From positions 1-18,128 of the forward strand of contig JACAFS010000018.1 in the NCBI GenBank assembly GCA_013378385.1: a stretch of 18,128 bases of DNA. Reading direction: 5' to 3'. Of the stretch, positions 8,730 through 15,263 are shown piece after piece. The stretch is from Nitrososphaerota archaeon. Its GTDB lineage: Archaea; Thermoproteota; Nitrososphaeria; Nitrososphaerales; UBA57. Each line of letters opens with the position of its first letter. Positions within the stretch are counted from its first letter, which is position 1. The notes below the pieces were generated by a model that saw only the letters and a list, made by a program, of their open reading frames with translations, had not been told where the DNA came from and made no database searches. The position numbers and the translations under genes are program-made.

Positions 8730-9257
8730 ATGATGGATTCGAAGATTATTGCATTAATTGTTATTGCAGCTATTGGAATTGGAGCATTGGTATTTATTTT
8801 GCCGGGAGATAATAACGAAGTAACTGTAATAGAACCTGAACCAGTCATAAAAGAACCTGTAGTTGAACCAGAACCTGTAATTGAACCAGAACCTGTAATT
8901 GAACCAGTTGTTGAAGAACCAGAAAGTAAAGCTATTGTTGATGAAAATGGAGTATTATCCGGAGAAGTAGAGGTTAAAATGTCAAATTTAAAATTTGTCC
9001 CGTCTGAAATAACAATAAAAAAAGGTACAACGGTAGTATGGAGACAAGTTGATAGATCAATAGGTGGAAGTGGAGGAGCAGTAGGTTGGCATAACGTAGT
9101 TGAAGGACCGCCAGAGAAAAGAGGAGATCATGTATTCAAATCTAAAGAACTATCATTCAATGGTGGATTTTCGTATAAATTTGATGAAATTGGTGAATTT
9201 GAATATTATTGTGAACCGCATCCATTTATGATCGGAAAAATTACGGTAGTTGAATAG
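8730..9257 (+). CDS. Membrane-anchored blue-copper (plastocyanin/amicyanin-like cupredoxin) protein with a Pro/Glu-rich linker
   Basis: 175-aa ORF. It has an N-terminal TM anchor, the linker EPEPVIKEPVVEPEPVIEPEPVIEPVVEEPE, then a cupredoxin domain with type-1 Cu ligands in WHNV and YYCEPHPFM (Cys-x2-His-x2-Met). Confidence 0.85.
   Translation: MMDSKIIALIVIAAIGIGALVFILPGDNNEVTVIEPEPVIKEPVVEPEPVIEPEPVIEPVVEEPESKAIVDENGVLSGEVEVKMSNLKFVPSEITIKKGTTVVWRQVDRSIGGSGGAVGWHNVVEGPPEKRGDHVFKSKELSFNGGFSYKFDEIGEFEYYCEPHPFMIGKITVVE
8865..8900 (+). repeat. Perfect 18-bp tandem duplication (GAACCAGAACCTGTAATT x2) within a degenerate Pro/Glu repeat tract (about 8832..8924)
   Basis: Read directly: unit 1 at 8865..8882 and unit 2 at 8883..8900. 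Flanking copies are diverged and encode the EPEPVI linker of the cupredoxin. Confidence 0.8.
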
Positions 9258-9277
9258 ATAACAAATTTTTTTGTTAT
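9258..9277 (+). terminator. Candidate terminator hairpin/T-tract after the cupredoxin gene
   Basis: ATAACAAA-TTTT-TTTGTTAT starts 1 nt after the TAG stop. It forms an 8-bp stem around a run of 7 T (9266..9272). The stem is AT-only and therefore weak. Confidence 0.35.
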
Positions 9278-9316
9278 AACAAAATATTTATTAATAATAA
9301 ATTATAAAAAAAGAGA

Positions 9317-9922
9317 TTGTCAAAACCATTACTAGATAGAAGGTCATTAACTGCGTCGATTTTATTTTCCTCGATTGCTTTAGTATTACATCCGCCATTT
9401 CTACCATTAGCTATACCAGCCCCATATGCTCCATTCCTATTTTATACAATATGGGAAATTCCTTTGTACATATGTTTGTTCTTATTTGGGCCCACCACAG
9501 CAATAATATCAGGAATAATTAATTTTATTTCGCTTCTAGTATTTTTCCCTGGACAATTAATTTCAGGTCCAATATATAACTTGATTGCGATATTTGGATC
9601 GTATACAGGAGTTGTTTTAATAAAAAGGAGAAAGTTTGTTCAAGATACAAATAATACGAAAAATGATATTTTATCATTTAATATGCTATTCATTATAGCA
9701 TCTCCCATGATATTTAGAACGGTAATCATGACTGTAGTAAACTTCATTGCGTTGCCAATGCCTCCTCCAATAGGCTTTTCAATACCAATGGAAGTAATGC
9801 CAACTACATTGGGACTAATTGCAATATTTAATTCAACGACAATAATGTATTCTATACCTATTGCTTACTGGATAACAAAGGCAGTAAAATTAGCGACAAA
9901 TAAAACTTGGATATTTAAATAA
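9317..9922 (+). CDS. Polytopic membrane protein, possibly an ECF-transporter S-component-like substrate-binding protein
   Basis: 201-aa ORF with a TTG start (the first in-frame ATG is beyond codon 120) and 5-6 hydrophobic helices. The segment WEIPLYICLFLFGPTTAIISGIINFISLL resembles, from memory, the conserved IP...GP..G helix pair of ECF S components. The family call is tentative. Confidence 0.5.
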   Translation: MSKPLLDRRSLTASILFSSIALVLHPPFLPLAIPAPYAPFLFYTIWEIPLYICLFLFGPTTAIISGIINFISLLVFFPGQLISGPIYNLIAIFGSYTGVVLIKRRKFVQDTNNTKNDILSFNMLFIIASPMIFRTVIMTVVNFIALPMPPPIGFSIPMEVMPTTLGLIAIFNSTTIMYSIPIAYWITKAVKLATNKTWIFK

Positions 9923-9933
9923 ATTATTTAAAT
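9913..9933. repeat. Perfect 21-bp palindrome containing both convergent stop codons (orf201 and atpE)
   Basis: ATTTAAATAA-A-TTATTTAAAT, with 10-bp arms and centre at 9923. Both genes end Phe-Lys-stop encoded as TTT AAA TAA. Confidence 0.7.
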
Positions 9934-10526
9934 TTATTAGCAATATCAGTTCTTAACTCTGCTTTCATTCTTTCCAATCGATCTTCGATTGTGTTATTAA
10001 CAACTACAGTAGAATCGGTGTTACTAACAATCACACCACCTGAAGTTGTCAGATATTCGTCAGACAATTGAAGAGTTTTTTTGGACTTTGATGAAATTTT
10101 ATCAATAATATCTTTAACTATAGAAGAGTCTTTTTTATTGCAAGAGATTAAGATTTCAGATTCGTCAATTGAATCTAAACCCTCATTTATGAAAAGTTCC
10201 AAAGACTTTGGGTAATTTTTCCCTTTATTAGAACTAAGTTCCTTTAACGCAGCAGAGAATACTTTATTGATATTTTTCTCAAGTAGTAAAAGATTGGAAT
10301 TTCGGCTTTCCATTTCGGCAGTGCCTATAATTTGCCTAGATTTTATATCAAATTCTTTAGATTGTTGAGATTCAATATGGCGTTCTTCATTTTTTGACTT
10401 GGTTGAAGATTCTTCAATTATTTTATTTGCTTCGTCCAGGCCAGTTTTCAAAATCGACTCGATAACATCTTCGAAGTCCTTAGAAACGTCGTCTAGAATA
10501 TTTTCACTTGATAGTTTTTTACTCAT
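9924..10526 (-). CDS. atpE: A-type ATP synthase subunit E (peripheral stalk)
   Basis: 200-aa ORF. It has a long charged N-terminal helix followed by a globular C-terminus ending GGVIVSNTDSTVVVNNTIEDRLERMKAELR, typical of A/V-type E subunits. SD AGGTGA lies 4 nt upstream of the ATG. Confidence 0.85.
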   Translation of the reverse strand: MSKKLSSENILDDVSKDFEDVIESILKTGLDEANKIIEESSTKSKNEERHIESQQSKEFDIKSRQIIGTAEMESRNSNLLLLEKNINKVFSAALKELSSNKGKNYPKSLELFINEGLDSIDESEILISCNKKDSSIVKDIIDKISSKSKKTLQLSDEYLTTSGGVIVSNTDSTVVVNNTIEDRLERMKAELRTDIANKFK

Positions 10527-10530
10527 TTTA

Positions 10531-10536
10531 TCACCT
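10531..10536 (-). promoter_or_regulatory. Shine-Dalgarno for atpE
   Basis: Minus strand reads ACAGGTGATAAA ATG. Confidence 0.55.
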
Positions 10537-10652
10537 GTATTGATAATGTATGATAAAATATTTACGTATTTAAAAATTTAATATTATCACAATTTTAGGT
10601 GAAAATCACAACAACAATAATAAGTAACAAATACAAAGACAGATAGAAGTAC

Positions 10653-11837
10653 TTGATATCTGAGAAACAAATAAGAGATTCATTAACCAATGTGATGGAT
10701 CCTGAAATTCATATGAATATAATAGAATTGAACATGGTAAAAGATGTGAAAATTAACGAAAGTAAGGTTGATGTATTGATTGCATTAACTGTAGCAGGTT
10801 GCCCATTGGCAGATACCATAAAAAAAGACGTAAGAAACGAAGTGATGAAATTTGAAGAAGTTAATGAAGTTAATGTAGAAACTACCGTCATGACGAAAGA
10901 AGAATTAGATGGATTGAAGATTACAGTTCAGAAAAATCGTGGAACGCAGCAATCACAGGATGAACTTATTTCAAGATTGGAAAAGAAAAAGAATGAGAAT
11001 TTGATAGCAATTGTATCTGGAAAAGGAGGAGTAGGAAAATCATCGATGACAGCTATATTGGCATCAGAATTAAAGAGAACAGGTCATAATGTAGGAATCC
11101 TTGATGCAGATGTCACAGGCCCCAGTATTGCAAAGATTTTTGGTGTAACAAAAAGATTAATGAAAGGAAAGACAGGAATAATTCCTGCAGAGACTGAATC
11201 AGGACTTAAATTAATTTCTGTGAACTTAATGTTAGATAATCCAGAAATGCCTACTGTATGGAGAGGTCCAATAATTAATAATTTAATTAGGCAATTATAT
11301 ACAGATGTTGATTGGGGGGATATAGATTATTTGTTAATTGATTTACCTCCAGGTACTGGTGACGCTCCACTTACAGTATTTCAATCATTACCGCTTTCTG
11401 GAATAGTTTTGGTCAGCACGCCGCAGGATTTATCAAAAATGATAGTAAGTAAATCAGCAAATATGGCAAAAATGTTAAAGATCCCAGTACTCGGATTGAT
11501 CGAGAATATGTCATATTTGAATTGCAAACATTGTGGTGATAAAAATTTCATCCTGGGAGAATCAAGGAGTGAGGAATTCGCGGAGAAGTTAGATACTGAA
11601 TTAATAGCAAGATTACCATTTGAGAAAGATATAGCAGAATTATGCGATGCGGGAAAAATAGAAGAATATCAGAATAAAGAAATATCAAACACTATTGAAA
11701 AGATCAAGAGTACAATTAAAGAACAAAAGGACAAGAATTCAATAGAAACAATTGTAAGCAGCGCAGGTGGAAGTCTTTCTCCAGCGTGGAATAAATCCGA
11801 AGAACAAAAAAAGAAATTTAAGCTAACGCCAGTATAA
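10653..11837 (+). CDS. mrp: Mrp/NBP35/ApbC-family Fe-S cluster carrier ATPase with an N-terminal DUF59/MIP18 domain
   Basis: 394-aa ORF. It has a DUF59-like N-terminus (VMDPEIHMNIIELNMV), deviant Walker A GKGGVGKS, DLPPGTGD, and the cluster-ligand motif CKHCGD. TTG at 10653 is the first start candidate after the in-frame TAG at 10644..10646. Confidence 0.9.
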   Translation: MISEKQIRDSLTNVMDPEIHMNIIELNMVKDVKINESKVDVLIALTVAGCPLADTIKKDVRNEVMKFEEVNEVNVETTVMTKEELDGLKITVQKNRGTQQSQDELISRLEKKKNENLIAIVSGKGGVGKSSMTAILASELKRTGHNVGILDADVTGPSIAKIFGVTKRLMKGKTGIIPAETESGLKLISVNLMLDNPEMPTVWRGPIINNLIRQLYTDVDWGDIDYLLIDLPPGTGDAPLTVFQSLPLSGIVLVSTPQDLSKMIVSKSANMAKMLKIPVLGLIENMSYLNCKHCGDKNFILGESRSEEFAEKLDTELIARLPFEKDIAELCDAGKIEEYQNKEISNTIEKIKSTIKEQKDKNSIETIVSSAGGSLSPAWNKSEEQKKKFKLTPV

Positions 11838-12134
11838 TTACATCTTTAGGACTTTTTTGATTAATTCGCGATAATCAACTTCTTCAGTTTTAGATCCAGG
11901 TGTAGGAATTTGATAAATAAGTGGAATAGGATGTTTGGATCGAATATCAGTGATTTCGTCGTAAATAGGTTCGGCCATATCATGACTAATCAAAATCAAC
12001 CCAATCTCTTTATCGCTAACGAGTGATTGTATATTTTTTAGGGCATCTGAAGAATTAGAAACCTCTACGCCATTAACTCCAGACAGCATAAAGCCGGATA
12101 CAAATGCGCGAGTTCCTAATGCAAGTATTTTCAT
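11838..12134 (-). CDS. atpF: A-type ATP synthase subunit F
   Basis: 98-aa ORF. MKILALGTRAFVSGFMLSGV ... GLILISHDMAEPI ... PIPLIYQIP matches the V/A-type F subunit pattern. Its stop codon abuts the mrp stop codon with a 0-nt gap. Confidence 0.85.
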   Translation of the reverse strand: MKILALGTRAFVSGFMLSGVNGVEVSNSSDALKNIQSLVSDKEIGLILISHDMAEPIYDEITDIRSKHPIPLIYQIPTPGSKTEEVDYRELIKKVLKM

Positions 12135-12156
12135 TGAGAATTATTGAATCTATACG

Positions 12157-12164
12157 ATAATAAA
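12157..12164 (-). promoter_or_regulatory. Candidate TATA box for atpF (leaderless spacing)
   Basis: Minus strand reads TTTATTAT, centred about 27 nt upstream of the atpF ATG (12134). There is no SD in between. Confidence 0.35.
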
Positions 12165-12185
12165 TTTAACTGAATAAGAAATATT

Positions 12186-12218
12186 AAAAAAAATATTGGT
12201 TGTCCCCGAAGGGACAAC
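12186..12218 (-). terminator. GC-rich hairpin with UUCG tetraloop followed by T8, an intrinsic-type terminator after the PQQ-like gene
   Basis: Minus strand reads GTTGTCCC-TTCG-GGGACAAC (12218..12199; a perfect 8-bp stem, extendable with G-U and A-U pairs), then CAATA, then TTTTTTTT (12193..12186). It starts 8 nt after the TAG stop at 12226..12228. Confidence 0.6.
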
Positions 12219-12225
12219 TAAATTA

Positions 12226-14484
12226 CTATGCGGTTTGACGAGATCTGCTGAATAGTACACCAGAGACGACGATTAGAATTACACCTAATCCAATTGCAAC
12301 ATATGAAACTGGACTAATTGTTTCTACTTCGACCTCTTCAGTAACTATTACTTCGCGGATTTCTACTTCTCGGCTAACACCTTCTGGCATTTCATCAGGT
12401 AGACCAAAGGCCATTATAGCTCCAGGAACGGAGCCTCTTAATGGTGGGTTTTGGCTAGTTAGACCTCTTCCTCCAAATGATTGTAGGAGCAGAGTCTTAC
12501 CATTAGAATCTTGTCCAATACTTGGTTGAGTATCTAATGCTGAGCCTAGATTGAATTGATGTAGAAGTTCTCCATCAGATGCAGAAACTGCACGAAGTTT
12601 ACCATCGAAACCATTCCAGTAGATAACATCACCAGATGCGATAATTCCGCCACGGTGTGCTACTTCTGTTACTCTGAATTCCCATTCGACAGCACCAGTT
12701 CTTGCATTAATTGCAGTAACTGTGTGATTCATCTCAGGTGGGAACGGAGCTTCGTCTATATGGTTTTCAATGAAACCTCCCCAGAAACTACCGAATCGAG
12801 CTTCTTGTGGAAGAATTTTGAAGTAAGCAGGTTCATTCTTGCAAGATAGATAGACGTTATTACCATCGAAGGCAATATCGTTTTCAGCACATCCTGAACC
12901 GTTTGGATTCTGCCAGATGACATCTGTTGATGGGTGATTCTGTGTTGGTTTGTTCATGTCAGCTTCAACTCGTGGGTCTAAGAAGAACCAGTCGTTGTTA
13001 TCGTTGAGACCATCAATACCTAATGCTTGAGAGTGTAATACACCTCTACCACGTTCGCCATTGGTTGGTCCAGCTCGATTATCACAAGCTGCATTACAAT
13101 AGTATTTGGAGAATCTTACACCAGGAACTTCTGTGATCCAGAGTACTTCACCAGTGTTTGCATCAAATGCATGAACGTGACCCTGTTTACATTGTTTGAT
13201 AACAGTTCTTCGTCCATCGATGTCCATGACTGTTGTATTCCATGAACAGTCCATGTCCCAAAGGTCTTTTGTTGTACTTTGGAAGTACCATGCTAGTGAT
13301 CCGTCATTAGAGTTCAACGCAACTACGGCTGAACCGAATAGACGAGGTCCACGGGTGTATGTGTGGTTAAAGTCTGGACCAGGTTGTGCTGTTCCGAAGA
13401 AGATTTTTCCATTTTCTTCGTCAATCACTATCTGTCCCCAGATGTTACTTACACCAGCATTGAATGGCATACCAGTCTTTTCATTATATGTACCTGGATT
13501 ACCAGCCCAATCCCATCTTAGGATATCTTCTGGAACGTCACAGGCATCAAAGCCTTCAATCATACCTACATCACATGTATCAACTAACCATTGACCCCAA
13601 GCTGCATATTCTTCTGGGAACAATTCACCGTTTGGTGGTTGATAGAAGAATCGCCAGTTAAGATCAGCATCTGTTGTTGCATCAATTTCACAAGGGAAAC
13701 TTGTACAGGCGCCTAAGTCATATGATGCTACATATGCTCGTCCACCATAACTTCCTTCCATGTGTCCTCCGACAGCTACAATAATTGCATTATTGGAACG
13801 GTCAACGACAGGAGCATGTGATCCTTGTGAGTTATACAAACCAGAGTTTGTTTCTACATTTCTGCAGTGTTGTTTTAATACGAATACTTCATCGCCATTT
13901 TCAGCATCAACTCCTACGATTGTACAACCGAATGAGTTAAGCCAAAGAATACCTTTGCCATTCAATTCCCAATAGTTCATTGAATGAGTATGTGCGGCTA
14001 ATGAGTATACAGGTAAACCTGGAGGGTTAAGTCCACGATTCTGTGCTACAGATGGACCAATTATGTCTGGGTCTTCACCGTCTGCAGTTCTTTCACTGTA
14101 CCAATTCATAGATCCATCAACCGAATCGATTGAAAAGATTGTCTGATAATTGGTTGTGTAGAAAACCTGGCCATCAACTACTAATGGAGGTGCAATACCA
14201 CCAGTACCACAGAAGGTCATAGATGTACAACCTATTGAATCAGCATCAGGGATTGGAAACACCCATTGCAATTGCGATAGATGTACGTTCTCTGCTGTTA
14301 ATTGTGACTGTGGATTGAAGTTGTGTCCCCAGGAATTTGCATTAATGAATTCCCAATTTCTCTCAGCTCTTGTAGAACCAAGGGCAGGAGAAACGTTTTG
14401 TGCGCTAGCCGCTGGGGCTAGGAACAAAGATGCTGCAATTAATAGTGCAGCAACTAGGATACTTACGTATACACGTCGAGTCAT
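12226..14484 (-). CDS. Secreted, C-terminally membrane-anchored PQQ-dehydrogenase-like eight-bladed beta-propeller protein (paralog 1)
   Basis: 752-aa ORF. The N-terminus MTRRVYVSILVAALLIAASLFLAPAASA/QN is a signal peptide with a twin-Arg. Quinoprotein-like blocks are present: NWEF..N..W..N..PQSQL...NV..L..W, PPLVVDGQVFY, IWGQIVIDEENGKIFFGT, ALNSNDGSLAWYFQ, DLWDMD, FDANTGEVLW. The C-terminus is an acidic EVEIREVIVTEEVEVE linker plus a TM helix and RSRQTA. Confidence 0.8.
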   Translation of the reverse strand: MTRRVYVSILVAALLIAASLFLAPAASAQNVSPALGSTRAERNWEFINANSWGHNFNPQSQLTAENVHLSQLQWVFPIPDADSIGCTSMTFCGTGGIAPPLVVDGQVFYTTNYQTIFSIDSVDGSMNWYSERTADGEDPDIIGPSVAQNRGLNPPGLPVYSLAAHTHSMNYWELNGKGILWLNSFGCTIVGVDAENGDEVFVLKQHCRNVETNSGLYNSQGSHAPVVDRSNNAIIVAVGGHMEGSYGGRAYVASYDLGACTSFPCEIDATTDADLNWRFFYQPPNGELFPEEYAAWGQWLVDTCDVGMIEGFDACDVPEDILRWDWAGNPGTYNEKTGMPFNAGVSNIWGQIVIDEENGKIFFGTAQPGPDFNHTYTRGPRLFGSAVVALNSNDGSLAWYFQSTTKDLWDMDCSWNTTVMDIDGRRTVIKQCKQGHVHAFDANTGEVLWITEVPGVRFSKYYCNAACDNRAGPTNGERGRGVLHSQALGIDGLNDNNDWFFLDPRVEADMNKPTQNHPSTDVIWQNPNGSGCAENDIAFDGNNVYLSCKNEPAYFKILPQEARFGSFWGGFIENHIDEAPFPPEMNHTVTAINARTGAVEWEFRVTEVAHRGGIIASGDVIYWNGFDGKLRAVSASDGELLHQFNLGSALDTQPSIGQDSNGKTLLLQSFGGRGLTSQNPPLRGSVPGAIMAFGLPDEMPEGVSREVEIREVIVTEEVEVETISPVSYVAIGLGVILIVVSGVLFSRSRQTA

Positions 14485-14508
14485 GCCCCGGTTTAATGAT
14501 GAAAAAAC

Positions 14509-14515
14509 ATATAAA
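14509..14515 (-). promoter_or_regulatory. Candidate TATA box for PQQ-like paralog 1 (leaderless spacing)
   Basis: Minus strand reads CCTTTATATG. The TTTATAT core is centred 28 nt upstream of the ATG at 14484, with no SD. Confidence 0.35.
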
Positions 14516-14626
14516 GGCCTCGTAGATTTATACGAATTCTGGACCTTTTTACAGATATTTTACTGCAGAATGAATATATTTTCAGAGAATAATAGTTATT
14601 ATGAATTAATTAATAATATTAGAAAA

Positions 14627-15211
14627 TTATTTCCAATTGATTCCAATAACGAGAAATTCGAATTTCTCAAATGTAAAGGGGAAAGTTTCTTCAAAAAAAT
14701 AAACAGAACTTGATGAAACATGATCTATCTCAACTAATTCAGTGCGCATGGGGATTGCATCACATCCACAATCGTTTAGGATCCACCAAGTAATTTCTAC
14801 TTCAATTTCGTGTGCGTCTTGTAATCCAAAATTAGTTATAGAGCCATTAACAACAGAAACAGTTCTTCCATCAATTTGTATTTCATAATTTTTAAACGGG
14901 CCAGTTATAGTTAGATTTGCTTGAGTAATCAAATCATTATCATGGGCAAGAATCAAGTTATCAAGTTCGAGAAGAAGAGCACTGTTGTTTATTTGCAGGT
15001 GTTTCAATTCACTAGAAAGTATTTTATTTTCGTCTATCAATTTTTCTATATACTTAAGATTATTTTCATCAGAATATTTCAAGTCCTCTAAATCATACTC
15101 GAGTTGATTTATAGAAGTCATAGAAAAGAATAGTAGAATAATAGAAATAAGCAACAGAGATACGTAAACTATTCCGTATATACGATTCACGAATAATATT
15201 ATTGCATACAA
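14627..15211 (-). CDS. Hypothetical N-terminally anchored protein with a predicted coiled-coil segment and a beta-rich C-terminal domain
   Basis: 194-aa ORF with a TTG start (no in-frame ATG precedes the TM helix). It has a TM segment (VYVSLLLISIILLFF), a heptad-like stretch (LEDLKYSDENNLKYIEKLIDENKILSSELKHLQ), then ITNFGLQDAHEIEVEITWWILNDCGCD. No recognisable family. Confidence 0.5.
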   Translation of the reverse strand: MYAIILFVNRIYGIVYVSLLLISIILLFFSMTSINQLEYDLEDLKYSDENNLKYIEKLIDENKILSSELKHLQINNSALLLELDNLILAHDNDLITQANLTITGPFKNYEIQIDGRTVSVVNGSITNFGLQDAHEIEVEITWWILNDCGCDAIPMRTELVEIDHVSSSSVYFFEETFPFTFEKFEFLVIGINWK

Positions 15212-15263
15212 GATAATATGTATTATAATGATTCATATAGATGCTAATACTAAGAGGAGTTAG

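Noticed and set aside
13196-13594. 132-aa and 65-aa plus-strand ORFs (13196..13594, 13464..13661) inside PQQ-like paralog 1, plus other short overlapping ORFs in atpA and atpB
   Set aside because: They are antisense to well-supported genes, have no SD or TATA context and no recognisable motifs. They are shadow ORFs.
14496-14502. AUGAUGA, a perfect C-box-like motif in the orf194/paralog 1 intergenic region (possible C/D box sRNA)
   Set aside because: I found no CUGA D box or terminal stem within a plausible distance on either strand. The motif sits within about 20 nt upstream of the paralog 1 start codon, adjacent to its candidate TATA box.
14315-14713. 132-aa plus-strand ORF spanning the paralog 1 start, the intergenic region and the end of orf194
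   Set aside because: It overlaps two minus-strand genes and their promoter region, and its middle is AT-rich intergenic sequence. A real gene here is implausible.
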